DNA of 60,378 nucleotides from Blastocatellia bacterium (GTDB taxonomy: Bacteria > Acidobacteriota > Blastocatellia > RBC074): positions 1-60,378 of the forward strand of contig DATCXQ010000398.1 of NCBI GenBank assembly GCA_036565725.1, read 5' to 3'. The notes under the pieces were generated by a model, which was not told where the DNA came from, did not search any database, and saw only the letters and a program-made list of their open reading frames with translations. Positions 53,157-60,378 of this stretch are shown piece by piece; position 1 is the stretch's first letter; the number at the start of each line of letters is the position of its first letter. The position numbers and the translations under genes were made by a program.

Positions 53157-53359
53157 GCCGCAGCCGCGCGGAGACGCAGAGTCAGGGAGTGAGTTGGACG
53201 GAGAGCGGGAGAGCGGGAGAGCGGGAGAGCGGGAGAACGGAAGACAGGGAGATAAGGAAAGAAATAACCTTGTCCACCCTTGTCCCTTCGTCTCCCCTTC
53301 CCCCGCTCTCCCCATCCTTCTCTCTTCGTTCCCGCTCTGCGTCTCCACGCGGTTGCGGC
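53157..53359. repeat. ~200-bp palindromic element containing a GAGAGCG heptamer array
   Basis: Outer arms are GCCGCAGCCGCGCGGAGACGCAGAG and CTCTGCGTCTCCACGCGGTTGCGGC. An internal GGAGAGCGGGAGAGCGGGAGAGCGGGAGAGCGGGAGAAC has a partial inverse partner (CCCGCTCTCC, CCCGCTCTGC). Confidence 0.85.
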
Positions 53360-53408
53360 CTTTTATCTTCTTTCTCGTTCGGGTTACCCAGGGATTTTTG
53401 GAGGAAAC

Positions 53409-54854
53409 ATGTCCCTATCAACTTATAAAGATTTGCTCGATGGTTTCAAAGTTATCTTGAGTCTATTGCTTCTCCTTCTCGCCCTGACTGACAGCGCTCT
53501 GGCGCAAGCCGGCGTTTCATCGGCCGCCGCGGCTCGCGCCCGCTACCTGTCCGAGATGGGATCGCTTCCCGCGTCTCGTGAGGTCGCCGTTGAAGAGTTC
53601 GTCAACTATCACCGCCATCAGATTGGAAGCCCAAAGGCCGACGAGGCCGTAGCCCTGGATGTGCGATGGGGAAATGATCGGGCGCCTGGCCCCGGTCAGG
53701 AAGCGGTTTTACAGATCGGATTCAGCACATCCCTGGCGACCGACCGTCAGCAGTTACGCCCCGTCAATCTGGCCCTGGTGATCGACAAGAGCGGTTCGAT
53801 GGCGGACGCGGATAAAATCTCCAGGGTTAAATCAGCGCTTCTGGCCCTGGTCTCCCAACTCCGCGACACTGATACGCTATCCATAGTCGTCTTCGACACG
53901 AACGCGCAAGTGTTATTGCCGGCGCGCAACCTGGCGGATCGAATATACATAAAGCAATTGATCCGGAATATCGCCCCCGACGGCTCCACCAATATTCATG
54001 AGGGTCTGATGCTTGGGTATCAAGAAGCTCGCAAGAGCTATCGGAAAGACGCGACCAATCGGGTAATCCTCCTGACCGACGGGATCGCCAACCGAGGCGA
54101 GACTGAACCGGAGAAGATCGCCCGGGATTCTCTGCGGTTCAATGATCAGGGCATTGACCTCTCCACCATCGGCGTCGGCATGGACCTGAATAAAGACCTG
54201 CTACGCGAACTAGCCAAGAGCGGGCGCGGGTTGTTTCATTTCGTGGCGGACGCCGAAGACATCGAGAAAGTATTTATCAAGGAAGCTCAGAGCCTGGTCT
54301 CGCCTGTGGCTTATGAGCCGAACGTGGATATCGCCTACGATCCAGCTCTGGAGTTGGAACAGGTCTATGGTTATGAGCCTCAGCTCCGAAAGAGCGGGGT
54401 GAAAATCAAGCTGGATAACATGAATCACGGCTTGACCCAGGTGATTATGCTGCGCTTCCGGCTTGCGAACAGGAGTATGTTCTCTTCGTCGCTGTCAGTA
54501 AACGTCCGCCTTTCTTACTATGACACGGAACAGAAGGAACAGGTCGTAAAGATACAAGAGTCATATCTGACGGCGAAAGACGGCCCGCCGGGCGACATGC
54601 TGAAAGATCCCGAAGTGGGCAAAAACTATAGCATCGCACAGCTTGCGCAGGCGATCCGCGACATGGCCACGGCCTGCGAGGCGCGACGTTACCAGGAAGC
54701 GGAGAACCTGCTCGCCTCCGCGATCGATAAAACATACCAGCGTTATCCTCACCTGGAAGACGCGGACATCACGCGAACACTGACGATGGCCCAAAATTAC
54801 CGGAGTCAGATCAGAAAATATAACCAACAAAGGGACGCGTCGAGCGACAGGTGA
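53409..54854 (+). CDS. von Willebrand factor type A domain protein (YfbK-like), secreted
   Basis: Signal peptide; MIDAS LVIDKSGSM; SIVVFDT, GSTNIHEGL and VILLTDGIAN. The ATG at 53409 has GGAGGA upstream. Confidence 0.8.
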   Translation: MSLSTYKDLLDGFKVILSLLLLLLALTDSALAQAGVSSAAAARARYLSEMGSLPASREVAVEEFVNYHRHQIGSPKADEAVALDVRWGNDRAPGPGQEAVLQIGFSTSLATDRQQLRPVNLALVIDKSGSMADADKISRVKSALLALVSQLRDTDTLSIVVFDTNAQVLLPARNLADRIYIKQLIRNIAPDGSTNIHEGLMLGYQEARKSYRKDATNRVILLTDGIANRGETEPEKIARDSLRFNDQGIDLSTIGVGMDLNKDLLRELAKSGRGLFHFVADAEDIEKVFIKEAQSLVSPVAYEPNVDIAYDPALELEQVYGYEPQLRKSGVKIKLDNMNHGLTQVIMLRFRLANRSMFSSSLSVNVRLSYYDTEQKEQVVKIQESYLTAKDGPPGDMLKDPEVGKNYSIAQLAQAIRDMATACEARRYQEAENLLASAIDKTYQRYPHLEDADITRTLTMAQNYRSQIRKYNQQRDASSDR

Positions 54855-55102
54855 AGAGTACCTGATCCACTGCGACCGGGACGCGCAACAGGGCGGTTGC
54901 ATTGCGTTGATGGCCCCGCCCTGGCGTTCCGCGCCCCGGCCGCCTTCTATTCGACGCGCGGCGGCAAACAGTCAAACCCTAATTATCAGCCCGAAGCCGC
55001 CGCTTGTGAATGTCGAGCGACCAGTCAATGACAGCATGCGCCTGACGCCCAAATAGGGATCGAGGAATCGTAGATGACCAGGTTGCCGTCATCCTGGATC
55101 AC

Positions 55103-55334
55103 TAGAGCGGTTATCAGATCAGTGTACGGATTTATTCTTCGTCGCGGAGCGACGGTTGAGCTTAGGCCGGCGTTTCAACGCCGGTGCCACACATAAGAGA
55201 AATCCGCGAGTCGCGGAGCGACGGTTGAAGGATGCGAAGAAAAGACGGTTGAATGTAGTGACGAACTCACAACAATCTCAACCGTCGCTCCGCGACGAAG
55301 AATAAATCCGTATACTGATCTGATAACCGCTCTA
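55103..55334. mobile_element. 232-bp MITE with ~58-bp terminal inverted repeats (TAGAGCGGTTATCAGATCAGTGTACGGATTT...)
   Basis: The left TIR at 55103-55160 is nearly perfectly complementary to the right TIR at 55277-55334. The element contains three copies of the 19-nt motif GTCGCGGAGCGACGGTTGA (two direct, one inverted) and a CCGGCGTTTCAACGCCGG hairpin. Its termini begin with TA. Confidence 0.75.
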
Positions 55335-55335
55335 A

Positions 55336-55421
55336 ATACAGTACCGCGCGTAAGCAAGCGGTTGACTGATGAGTCTGCCGCTTGCTTACGCGCGGTACTG
55401 TATCCAGCGTCGATCTTTGAT
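55336..55421. repeat. Copy of the ACAGTACCGCGCGTAAGCAAGCGG palindrome family, abutting the 232-bp MITE
   Basis: Perfect 26-bp arms ATACAGTACCGCGCGTAAGCAAGCGG (55336-55361) and CCGCTTGCTTACGCGCGGTACTGTAT (55378-55403). The right outer arm resembles that of the 7743-7861 MITE. Confidence 0.7.
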
Positions 55422-55515
55422 CTTCAATCCTCGACCCTATACTCTCCTTATCTTCGCTGATGAAGTAGAATCTTCAGGCCGCGATCTGTTCGGCAAAGAA
55501 GGGGATTGTAGAACT

Positions 55516-56949
55516 ATGAAATTGACCAGAATGTCGTTGGCGTCATTCGGCGCCGCATTCACGCTGAGCGTGGCTCTGGCTCAGACCGGCTCGACCGGTC
55601 TATCCGCCGAGCAACGCCTCGCGCGCGAAATCTTTCAGCAACTGATCGAGATCAACACGACCGATTCGGTCGGCGATTGCACGGCCGCGGCCAATGCGAT
55701 GGCCGGGCGGTTGAAAGCCGCCGGCTTTCCCGAAGAAGATTTGAAAGTCCTCGGCCCGCATCCGCGCAAGGGCAATCTGGTTGCGCGGTTGCGCGGAACG
55801 GGCGCGCGTAAACCGATTCTGTTGCTCGCCCATCTCGACGTCGTCGAGGCGAAGCGCGAAGACTGGTCATTCGATCCGTTCAAGTTTCTCGAAAAAGACG
55901 GCTACTGCTACGGCCGCGGGACATCCGACGACAAGGCGATGGCTGCGATCTTCACCGCCAACCTGATCCGTTTCAAACAGGAAGGTTTCAAACCCGACCG
56001 AGACATCATCGTCGCGCTGACCGCCGACGAAGAGGGCGGCGAATACAACGGCGTCGAATGGCTGCTGAAGAATCACCCTCAACTGATCGACGCCGAGTTC
56101 GGTTTGAACGAAGGTGGGGGAGGCGCCGCTCGCAACGGCAAGAAGCTATTCAACGCAGTGCAGGCGAGCGAGAAGGTTTACCAGAGCTTCCTGCTCGAAG
56201 TGAAGAACAAAGGCGGCCACAGTTCGCGGCCCGTGAAAGACAACGCCATTTATCATCTCGCCGCCGCCTTGCAGCGCCTTGCCGGGTTCGACTTCCCGGT
56301 CAATCTCAACGAAGTCACGCGAGCCTATTTCGAGCGCGTCTCGAAACTGGAATCGGGCGAGACGGCGGCGGCGATGAAGGGCGTGATCCGGAACCCGCCG
56401 GACGCCAGGTCGGTCGATTATCTCGAAAACATTCCGGCTTACAACGCGACGATGCGGACGACCTGCGTGGCGACGATGCTCGAAGCGGGGCACGCCGAAA
56501 ACGCGCTGCCGCAAACGGCGCGCGCCACGGTCAATTGCCGCATCCTGCCGACCGAGACGGCGGAACAGACGCGCGAGACTCTGGTCAAAGTCGCGGGTGA
56601 CAGCCGCATCGCCATCACTCCGATCCGTCAACCGAAGCCGAGCCCGCCTTCGCCGCTCACAACCGAAGTCATGAAGCCAATTGAAACGATCACGCAGCAG
56701 ATGTGGCCGGGCGCGCCGGTCGTCCCGGTGATGAGCACGGGCGCGACCGACAGCCTTTTTCTTCGCAAGGCAGGCATCCCGATCTATGGCACGTCGGGCA
56801 TCTTCGGCGACATTGACGACGGCCGCGCCCACGGCAAGGACGAACGCATTGGCATAAAAGAGTTCTACGATGGACAGGAATATCTTTATCGCCTGGTCAA
56901 AGCGTTCGCCTCAGCAAGCTCAAATCAGCGCCAGACCGCCTACAAATAA
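55516..56949 (+). CDS. M20/M25/M40 family metallopeptidase, secreted
   Basis: Signal peptide MKLTRMSLASFGAAFTLSVALAQ; LLLAHLDVVEAKREDWSFDPF; YGRGTSDDKAM; ADEEGG. The ORF-track start at 55369 lies in the palindromic repeat and is rejected. Confidence 0.85.
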   Translation: MKLTRMSLASFGAAFTLSVALAQTGSTGLSAEQRLAREIFQQLIEINTTDSVGDCTAAANAMAGRLKAAGFPEEDLKVLGPHPRKGNLVARLRGTGARKPILLLAHLDVVEAKREDWSFDPFKFLEKDGYCYGRGTSDDKAMAAIFTANLIRFKQEGFKPDRDIIVALTADEEGGEYNGVEWLLKNHPQLIDAEFGLNEGGGGAARNGKKLFNAVQASEKVYQSFLLEVKNKGGHSSRPVKDNAIYHLAAALQRLAGFDFPVNLNEVTRAYFERVSKLESGETAAAMKGVIRNPPDARSVDYLENIPAYNATMRTTCVATMLEAGHAENALPQTARATVNCRILPTETAEQTRETLVKVAGDSRIAITPIRQPKPSPPSPLTTEVMKPIETITQQMWPGAPVVPVMSTGATDSLFLRKAGIPIYGTSGIFGDIDDGRAHGKDERIGIKEFYDGQEYLYRLVKAFASASSNQRQTAYK

Positions 56950-56988
56950 TCCGCGCGATTACGCGATGCGCATAAGGTCGCTCGCCAC

Positions 56989-57348
56989 TAGAAGGGTTTA
57001 CAGATCAGCGTACGGATTTAGTCTTCGTCGCGGAGCGACGGTTGAGCTTAGGCCGGCGTTTCAACGCCGGTGTCACACGTAAGAGAAATCCGCGAGTCGC
57101 GGAGCGACGGTTGAAGGATGCGAAGAAAAGACGGTTGAATGTGGTGACGAACTCACAACAATCTCAACCGTCGCTCCGCGACTAGATAATCATTCGTCCT
57201 CAACCGGCGTTAAAACGCCGGCCTAAGCTCAACCGTCGCTCCGCGACGAAAAAGCGTCTATCTTGGGAACGCAAAAGATTTGGATTAATGACAATCCTCA
57301 CGATCGAGCTACCGCCACCTCCCGTACACTGATCTGATAACCGTTCTA
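56989..57348. mobile_element. 360-bp longer copy of the same long-TIR MITE, same orientation as 55103-55334
   Basis: The first ~195 nt are collinear with 55103-55297, with a few substitutions. This copy retains an extra inverted copy of the GTCGCGGAGCGACGGTTGAGCTTAGGCCGGCG... module and about 100 nt of unique sequence. Its right end is CCGTACACTGATCTGATAACCGTTCTA. Confidence 0.75.
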
Positions 57349-57424
57349 GAAAAGCGCCTGGGCGTTGGCTGGAAACCTAATCCCCTGAAAATCAATGCTT
57401 AAGCTAACTATGTATAGTCAATCT

Positions 57425-60307
57425 TCATCCGCGCAAATGCTCGCGCAGAAACCTTCCGGTATGCGACGCCTTCACATTCACGATCTCTTCGGGCGTTCCG
57501 ACGGCGACTATTCGCCCGCCCTCGTCGCCGCCCTCAGGCCCGAGGTCGATAATCCAGTCGGCGGTCTTGATCACGTCCAGGTTGTGTTCGATCACGATGA
57601 GCGAGGCGCCAGCGTCCAGCAGGCGGCGGAATGAGGAGAGCAGTTTGTTGATGTCGTCGAAATGCAGCCCCGTGGTCGGCTCGTCAAAGATGTAGAGCGT
57701 GTTGCCGCCCGCGCTCCTGGCCAGGTAAGAGGCCAGCTTGACGCGCTGCGCCTCGCCGCCGGAGAGCGTGGTCGCCGATTGGCCCAGCCGCAGGTAGCCG
57801 AGTCCGACGTCGTCGAGGACTTTCAACTTGGCGGCGATGCGGTTGCTGTGCGCGAAGAACGCCATCGCCTCGCGCACGGTCATTTTCAAAACCTCGTGAA
57901 TGTTCTTGCCCCGGTATTTGACGTCGAGGATCGAGGATTTGAACCTGGCGCCTTTGCACTCCTCGCAGATCAGCTCGACGTCGGCCAGGAACTGCATCTC
58001 GACGGTGACCGTGCCGTCGCCCTCGCACACGTCGCACCGCCCGCCCGGAACGTTGAACGAGAAATGGCTGGCGTTGTAGCCGCGCGCCTGGGCCTCGCGC
58101 GTCGAGGCGAAGGCTTCGCGGATCGCGTCGTAGACTTTGATGTAAGTCACCGGATTCGATCGCGGAGTGCGTCCGATCGGGGATTGGTCAACGAGGATGA
58201 CGTCGTTTACGAATTTGCCGCCGTCGAGATTCGCGAAGTTTCCGACCTCCCCCTGCCAATCGCCGCGCTGACTCTTGAGCCCCGCGTAGAGGCAATTATG
58301 CACGAGCGTCGATTTGCCGGAACCGGAGACGCCGGTGACGCAAACGAGCGCGCCGAGCGGGATGGTCACGTCGATGTTTTTCAGGTTGTGCTCGCGCGCC
58401 CCGCGCAGGACAACCTGTTTTTTGCCCGCCGCGCGATGCTCCTTCGGCGTCTTGATCTGGGCCTCGCCGCGAAGGTATTTCCCGGTCAGCGAAGGTTCGT
58501 TCTTCAGCAGCCCCTTAAAATCGCCCTCGAAAACGACCTCCCCGCCGAGTTCGCCGGCGCCGGGTCCGATGTCGATGACATGGTCGGCGGCGCGCATCAT
58601 CTCGGCCTCGTGCTCGACGACGAGCACGGTGTTGCCGATGTCGCGCAGGCTCTTCAACAGCCCGATCAGCCTGGCGCTGTCGCGCGGATGCAGGCCGATG
58701 CTCGGCTCGTCGAGCACGTACAAAGCGCCGACGAGCGACGACCCGAGGTGGGTCGCCAGTTGAATCCGCTGCGCCTCGCCGCCCGAAAGCGTCGAGGCCA
58801 GGCGGTCGAGCGTCAGGTAGTCCAAACCGACGTCGAGCAGGAATTTCAAGCGGGAGCGAATCTCGACTAACAACCGGTCGGCGATCGCGGACTGCTCTTC
58901 GGCGAGCGAGAGGCCGTTGAAGAACGCCGACGCGTCCCTGATCGGAAGGCCGCAAACTTCGGGCAGCGTCTTCCCGCCCACGAAAACGTCGCGGGCTTCG
59001 GCGCGCAGGCGCCCGCCCTTGCAATCAGGGCATTTCGTGTAGCCGCGGTATTTCGACAGCATGACCCGCACGTGCAGCTTGTACTTCTTCGTCTCCAGCC
59101 AGTCGAAGAGCCCTTTGACGCCGTCGAAGCCGTCGTGGCCTTCGATCACGGCGCGCTGTTGCTCGACGGCCAGTTGGGAGAAAGGTTTGTTCATCGGAAT
59201 GCCTTCGCGGCGGGCGAACTTCTTCAACTCGGTCCGCCACCATTCGAATTGCGGCTTGGTAAAAGGCTCGATGGCGCCCTCTTCCAGTGACAGCTCACGG
59301 TTCGGGATCACCAGGTTCATGTCCAGGCCGATGGTGTTGCCGAAGCCTTGGCATGTCGGGCAGGCGCCGAAGGGGTTGTTGAAGCTGAACAGGCGCGGCT
59401 CTGGCTGGGTGTAGCCGAGCCCGCAATTCTTACACTCGAACTTTTCCGAAAACGAAAGCAGTTGAGGGCTGTCGCCGGAGGATTGAACATTGGCCTGCCC
59501 GTGGCCTTCGCGGAAGCAGATTTCGAGCGAATCGACCAGGCGGCTTAGCGAATCAGCGCGGACCGCGAGCCGGTCGACCAGGACATAGACGTTCTCGAAA
59601 TCTTTTTTCTGGTAACTGTCGGGGGTTTGCAGCTCGATGACCTCATCCTTCGCGGCGTCGTAAAGCCGTGTGAAGCCACGCCCCATCAGGCTCATCAGGT
59701 GGGCCTTGACGTTGATCGAGCCGGCCGAGGACTTCTTCGCGCGCTTCTTTTTCACCCGGTCGCTACCGCTCCCGGTACTGTTAACCGCGGCCGCCTCGAT
59801 GGGGTCGCCGTTTTCGCCAACGACAGCGCCCGCCGAGGCCGGAAAGAGGACGTAAAAACGCGTCCCTTCGCCCAATCTCATCACCGCGTCGGCTATGGAT
59901 TCCGGCGTGTCGCGTTTGACGGCCGAGCCGCAGCGCCGGCAGACGGTCACGCCGACCCTGGCGTAAAGCAGCCTCAAGTAGTCGTAAATCTCGGTCTGCG
60001 TGGCCACGGTCGAACGCGGGTTGCGCGTCGAGTTCTTCTGGTTGATGGCTATCGCAGGGCAAATGCCGAGCACCTCGTCGACGTCGGGCTTGTCCATCCG
60101 CTCCAGGAACTGCCGGGCGTAAGCCGAGAGCGACTCGACGTAGCGCCGCTGGCCTTCGGCGTAGACCGTGTCGAAGGCCAGCGACGATTTGCCCGATCCG
60201 CTCACCCCCGTCACCACCGTGAGCGAGTTTATGGGAATCGTGAACGAGATGTTCTTGAGGTTGTTGACGCGCGCGCCGCGCACAATGATGTTGTCGAGAT
60301 CAGACAT
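57425..60307 (-). CDS. uvrA: Excinuclease ABC subunit A
   Basis: [25 protein letters not shown], two Walker A motifs ([14 protein letters not shown] and [10 protein letters not shown]), zinc-finger Cys pairs, and LSGGEAQR x2. Confidence 0.95.
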   Translation of the reverse strand: MSDLDNIIVRGARVNNLKNISFTIPINSLTVVTGVSGSGKSSLAFDTVYAEGQRRYVESLSAYARQFLERMDKPDVDEVLGICPAIAINQKNSTRNPRSTVATQTEIYDYLRLLYARVGVTVCRRCGSAVKRDTPESIADAVMRLGEGTRFYVLFPASAGAVVGENGDPIEAAAVNSTGSGSDRVKKKRAKKSSAGSINVKAHLMSLMGRGFTRLYDAAKDEVIELQTPDSYQKKDFENVYVLVDRLAVRADSLSRLVDSLEICFREGHGQANVQSSGDSPQLLSFSEKFECKNCGLGYTQPEPRLFSFNNPFGACPTCQGFGNTIGLDMNLVIPNRELSLEEGAIEPFTKPQFEWWRTELKKFARREGIPMNKPFSQLAVEQQRAVIEGHDGFDGVKGLFDWLETKKYKLHVRVMLSKYRGYTKCPDCKGGRLRAEARDVFVGGKTLPEVCGLPIRDASAFFNGLSLAEEQSAIADRLLVEIRSRLKFLLDVGLDYLTLDRLASTLSGGEAQRIQLATHLGSSLVGALYVLDEPSIGLHPRDSARLIGLLKSLRDIGNTVLVVEHEAEMMRAADHVIDIGPGAGELGGEVVFEGDFKGLLKNEPSLTGKYLRGEAQIKTPKEHRAAGKKQVVLRGAREHNLKNIDVTIPLGALVCVTGVSGSGKSTLVHNCLYAGLKSQRGDWQGEVGNFANLDGGKFVNDVILVDQSPIGRTPRSNPVTYIKVYDAIREAFASTREAQARGYNASHFSFNVPGGRCDVCEGDGTVTVEMQFLADVELICEECKGARFKSSILDVKYRGKNIHEVLKMTVREAMAFFAHSNRIAAKLKVLDDVGLGYLRLGQSATTLSGGEAQRVKLASYLARSAGGNTLYIFDEPTTGLHFDDINKLLSSFRRLLDAGASLIVIEHNLDVIKTADWIIDLGPEGGDEGGRIVAVGTPEEIVNVKASHTGRFLREHLRG

Positions 60308-60378
60308 TTACTACTCCGAAGTGGAACAGACTTATGGTCTTTGAGAAATAAGCGCAACCAGCGGCGCCCCCGCGTCCT

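Noticed and set aside
53130-53460. Four overlapping small ORFs rich in Ser/Pro/Leu or Glu/Arg/Gly
   Set aside because: They translate the GAGAGCG heptamer palindrome in both directions, so they are repeat artefacts.
55362-55377. CTGATGAG in the loop of the 55336-55403 palindrome, reminiscent of the hammerhead ribozyme core
   Set aside because: No accompanying GAAA element or three-stem junction can be drawn. The other two family copies have different loops. This is most likely a chance match.
55369-55515. N-terminal extension of the M20 peptidase ORF
   Set aside because: It starts in the loop of a palindromic repeat. The real signal peptide begins at the ATG at 55516.
57662-58870. 402-aa plus-strand ORF
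   Set aside because: It is antisense to uvrA.

Overview
GC-rich bacterial chromosomal window. The gene content suggests an Acidobacteriota-like organism, which is an inference: a ~1180-aa TonB-dependent receptor with a carboxypeptidase-regulatory-like N-terminus, an ECF sigma of the type usually paired with a Ser/Thr kinase, PD40/TolB-fused regulator and peptidases, and a PQQ dehydrogenase. I support about 45 protein-coding genes. No tRNA, rRNA or CRISPR array was recognised. All family calls come from reading motifs in the supplied translations; no searches were run.

The most interesting locus is the left 6 kb. It holds a minus-strand operon that looks like a graspetide-type RiPP cluster. 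In transcription order it encodes a 66-aa double-glycine-leader precursor, an FkbH-like HAD-IIIC/GNAT protein, an ATP-grasp peptide maturase, a SPASM-domain protein without a radical-SAM CxxxCxxC motif, and a C39-peptidase ABC exporter. The exporter runs off the window and is absent from the ORF track. A Crp/Fnr regulator and two FNR-like boxes lie upstream.

Other notable points:
- An ECF sigma gene is split by a 119-bp TA-flanked MITE, and its partner kinase is reduced to a stub.
- 11-bp-periodic TTTGG direct repeats sit in front of an OmpR/CadC-type regulator and again in front of a neighbouring secreted S1 protease.
- A 1226-aa protein fuses an S9 peptidase to a D-aminoacylase.
- An ArnE/F-like pair, one member fused to a GT21 glycosyltransferase, lies next to a YdjC/HpnK-like deacetylase.
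- An M20 peptidase gene is bracketed by two direct copies of a long-TIR MITE.
- Palindromic repeat elements are unusually dense, about 20 loci. Many are built from inverted arrays of 7-9 nt tandem units placed exactly at gene borders, and one lies in frame inside a CDS.

The rest is housekeeping: hemA, aroA, aroK, uvrA, GDP-mannose synthesis, proline dehydrogenase and two-component signalling.
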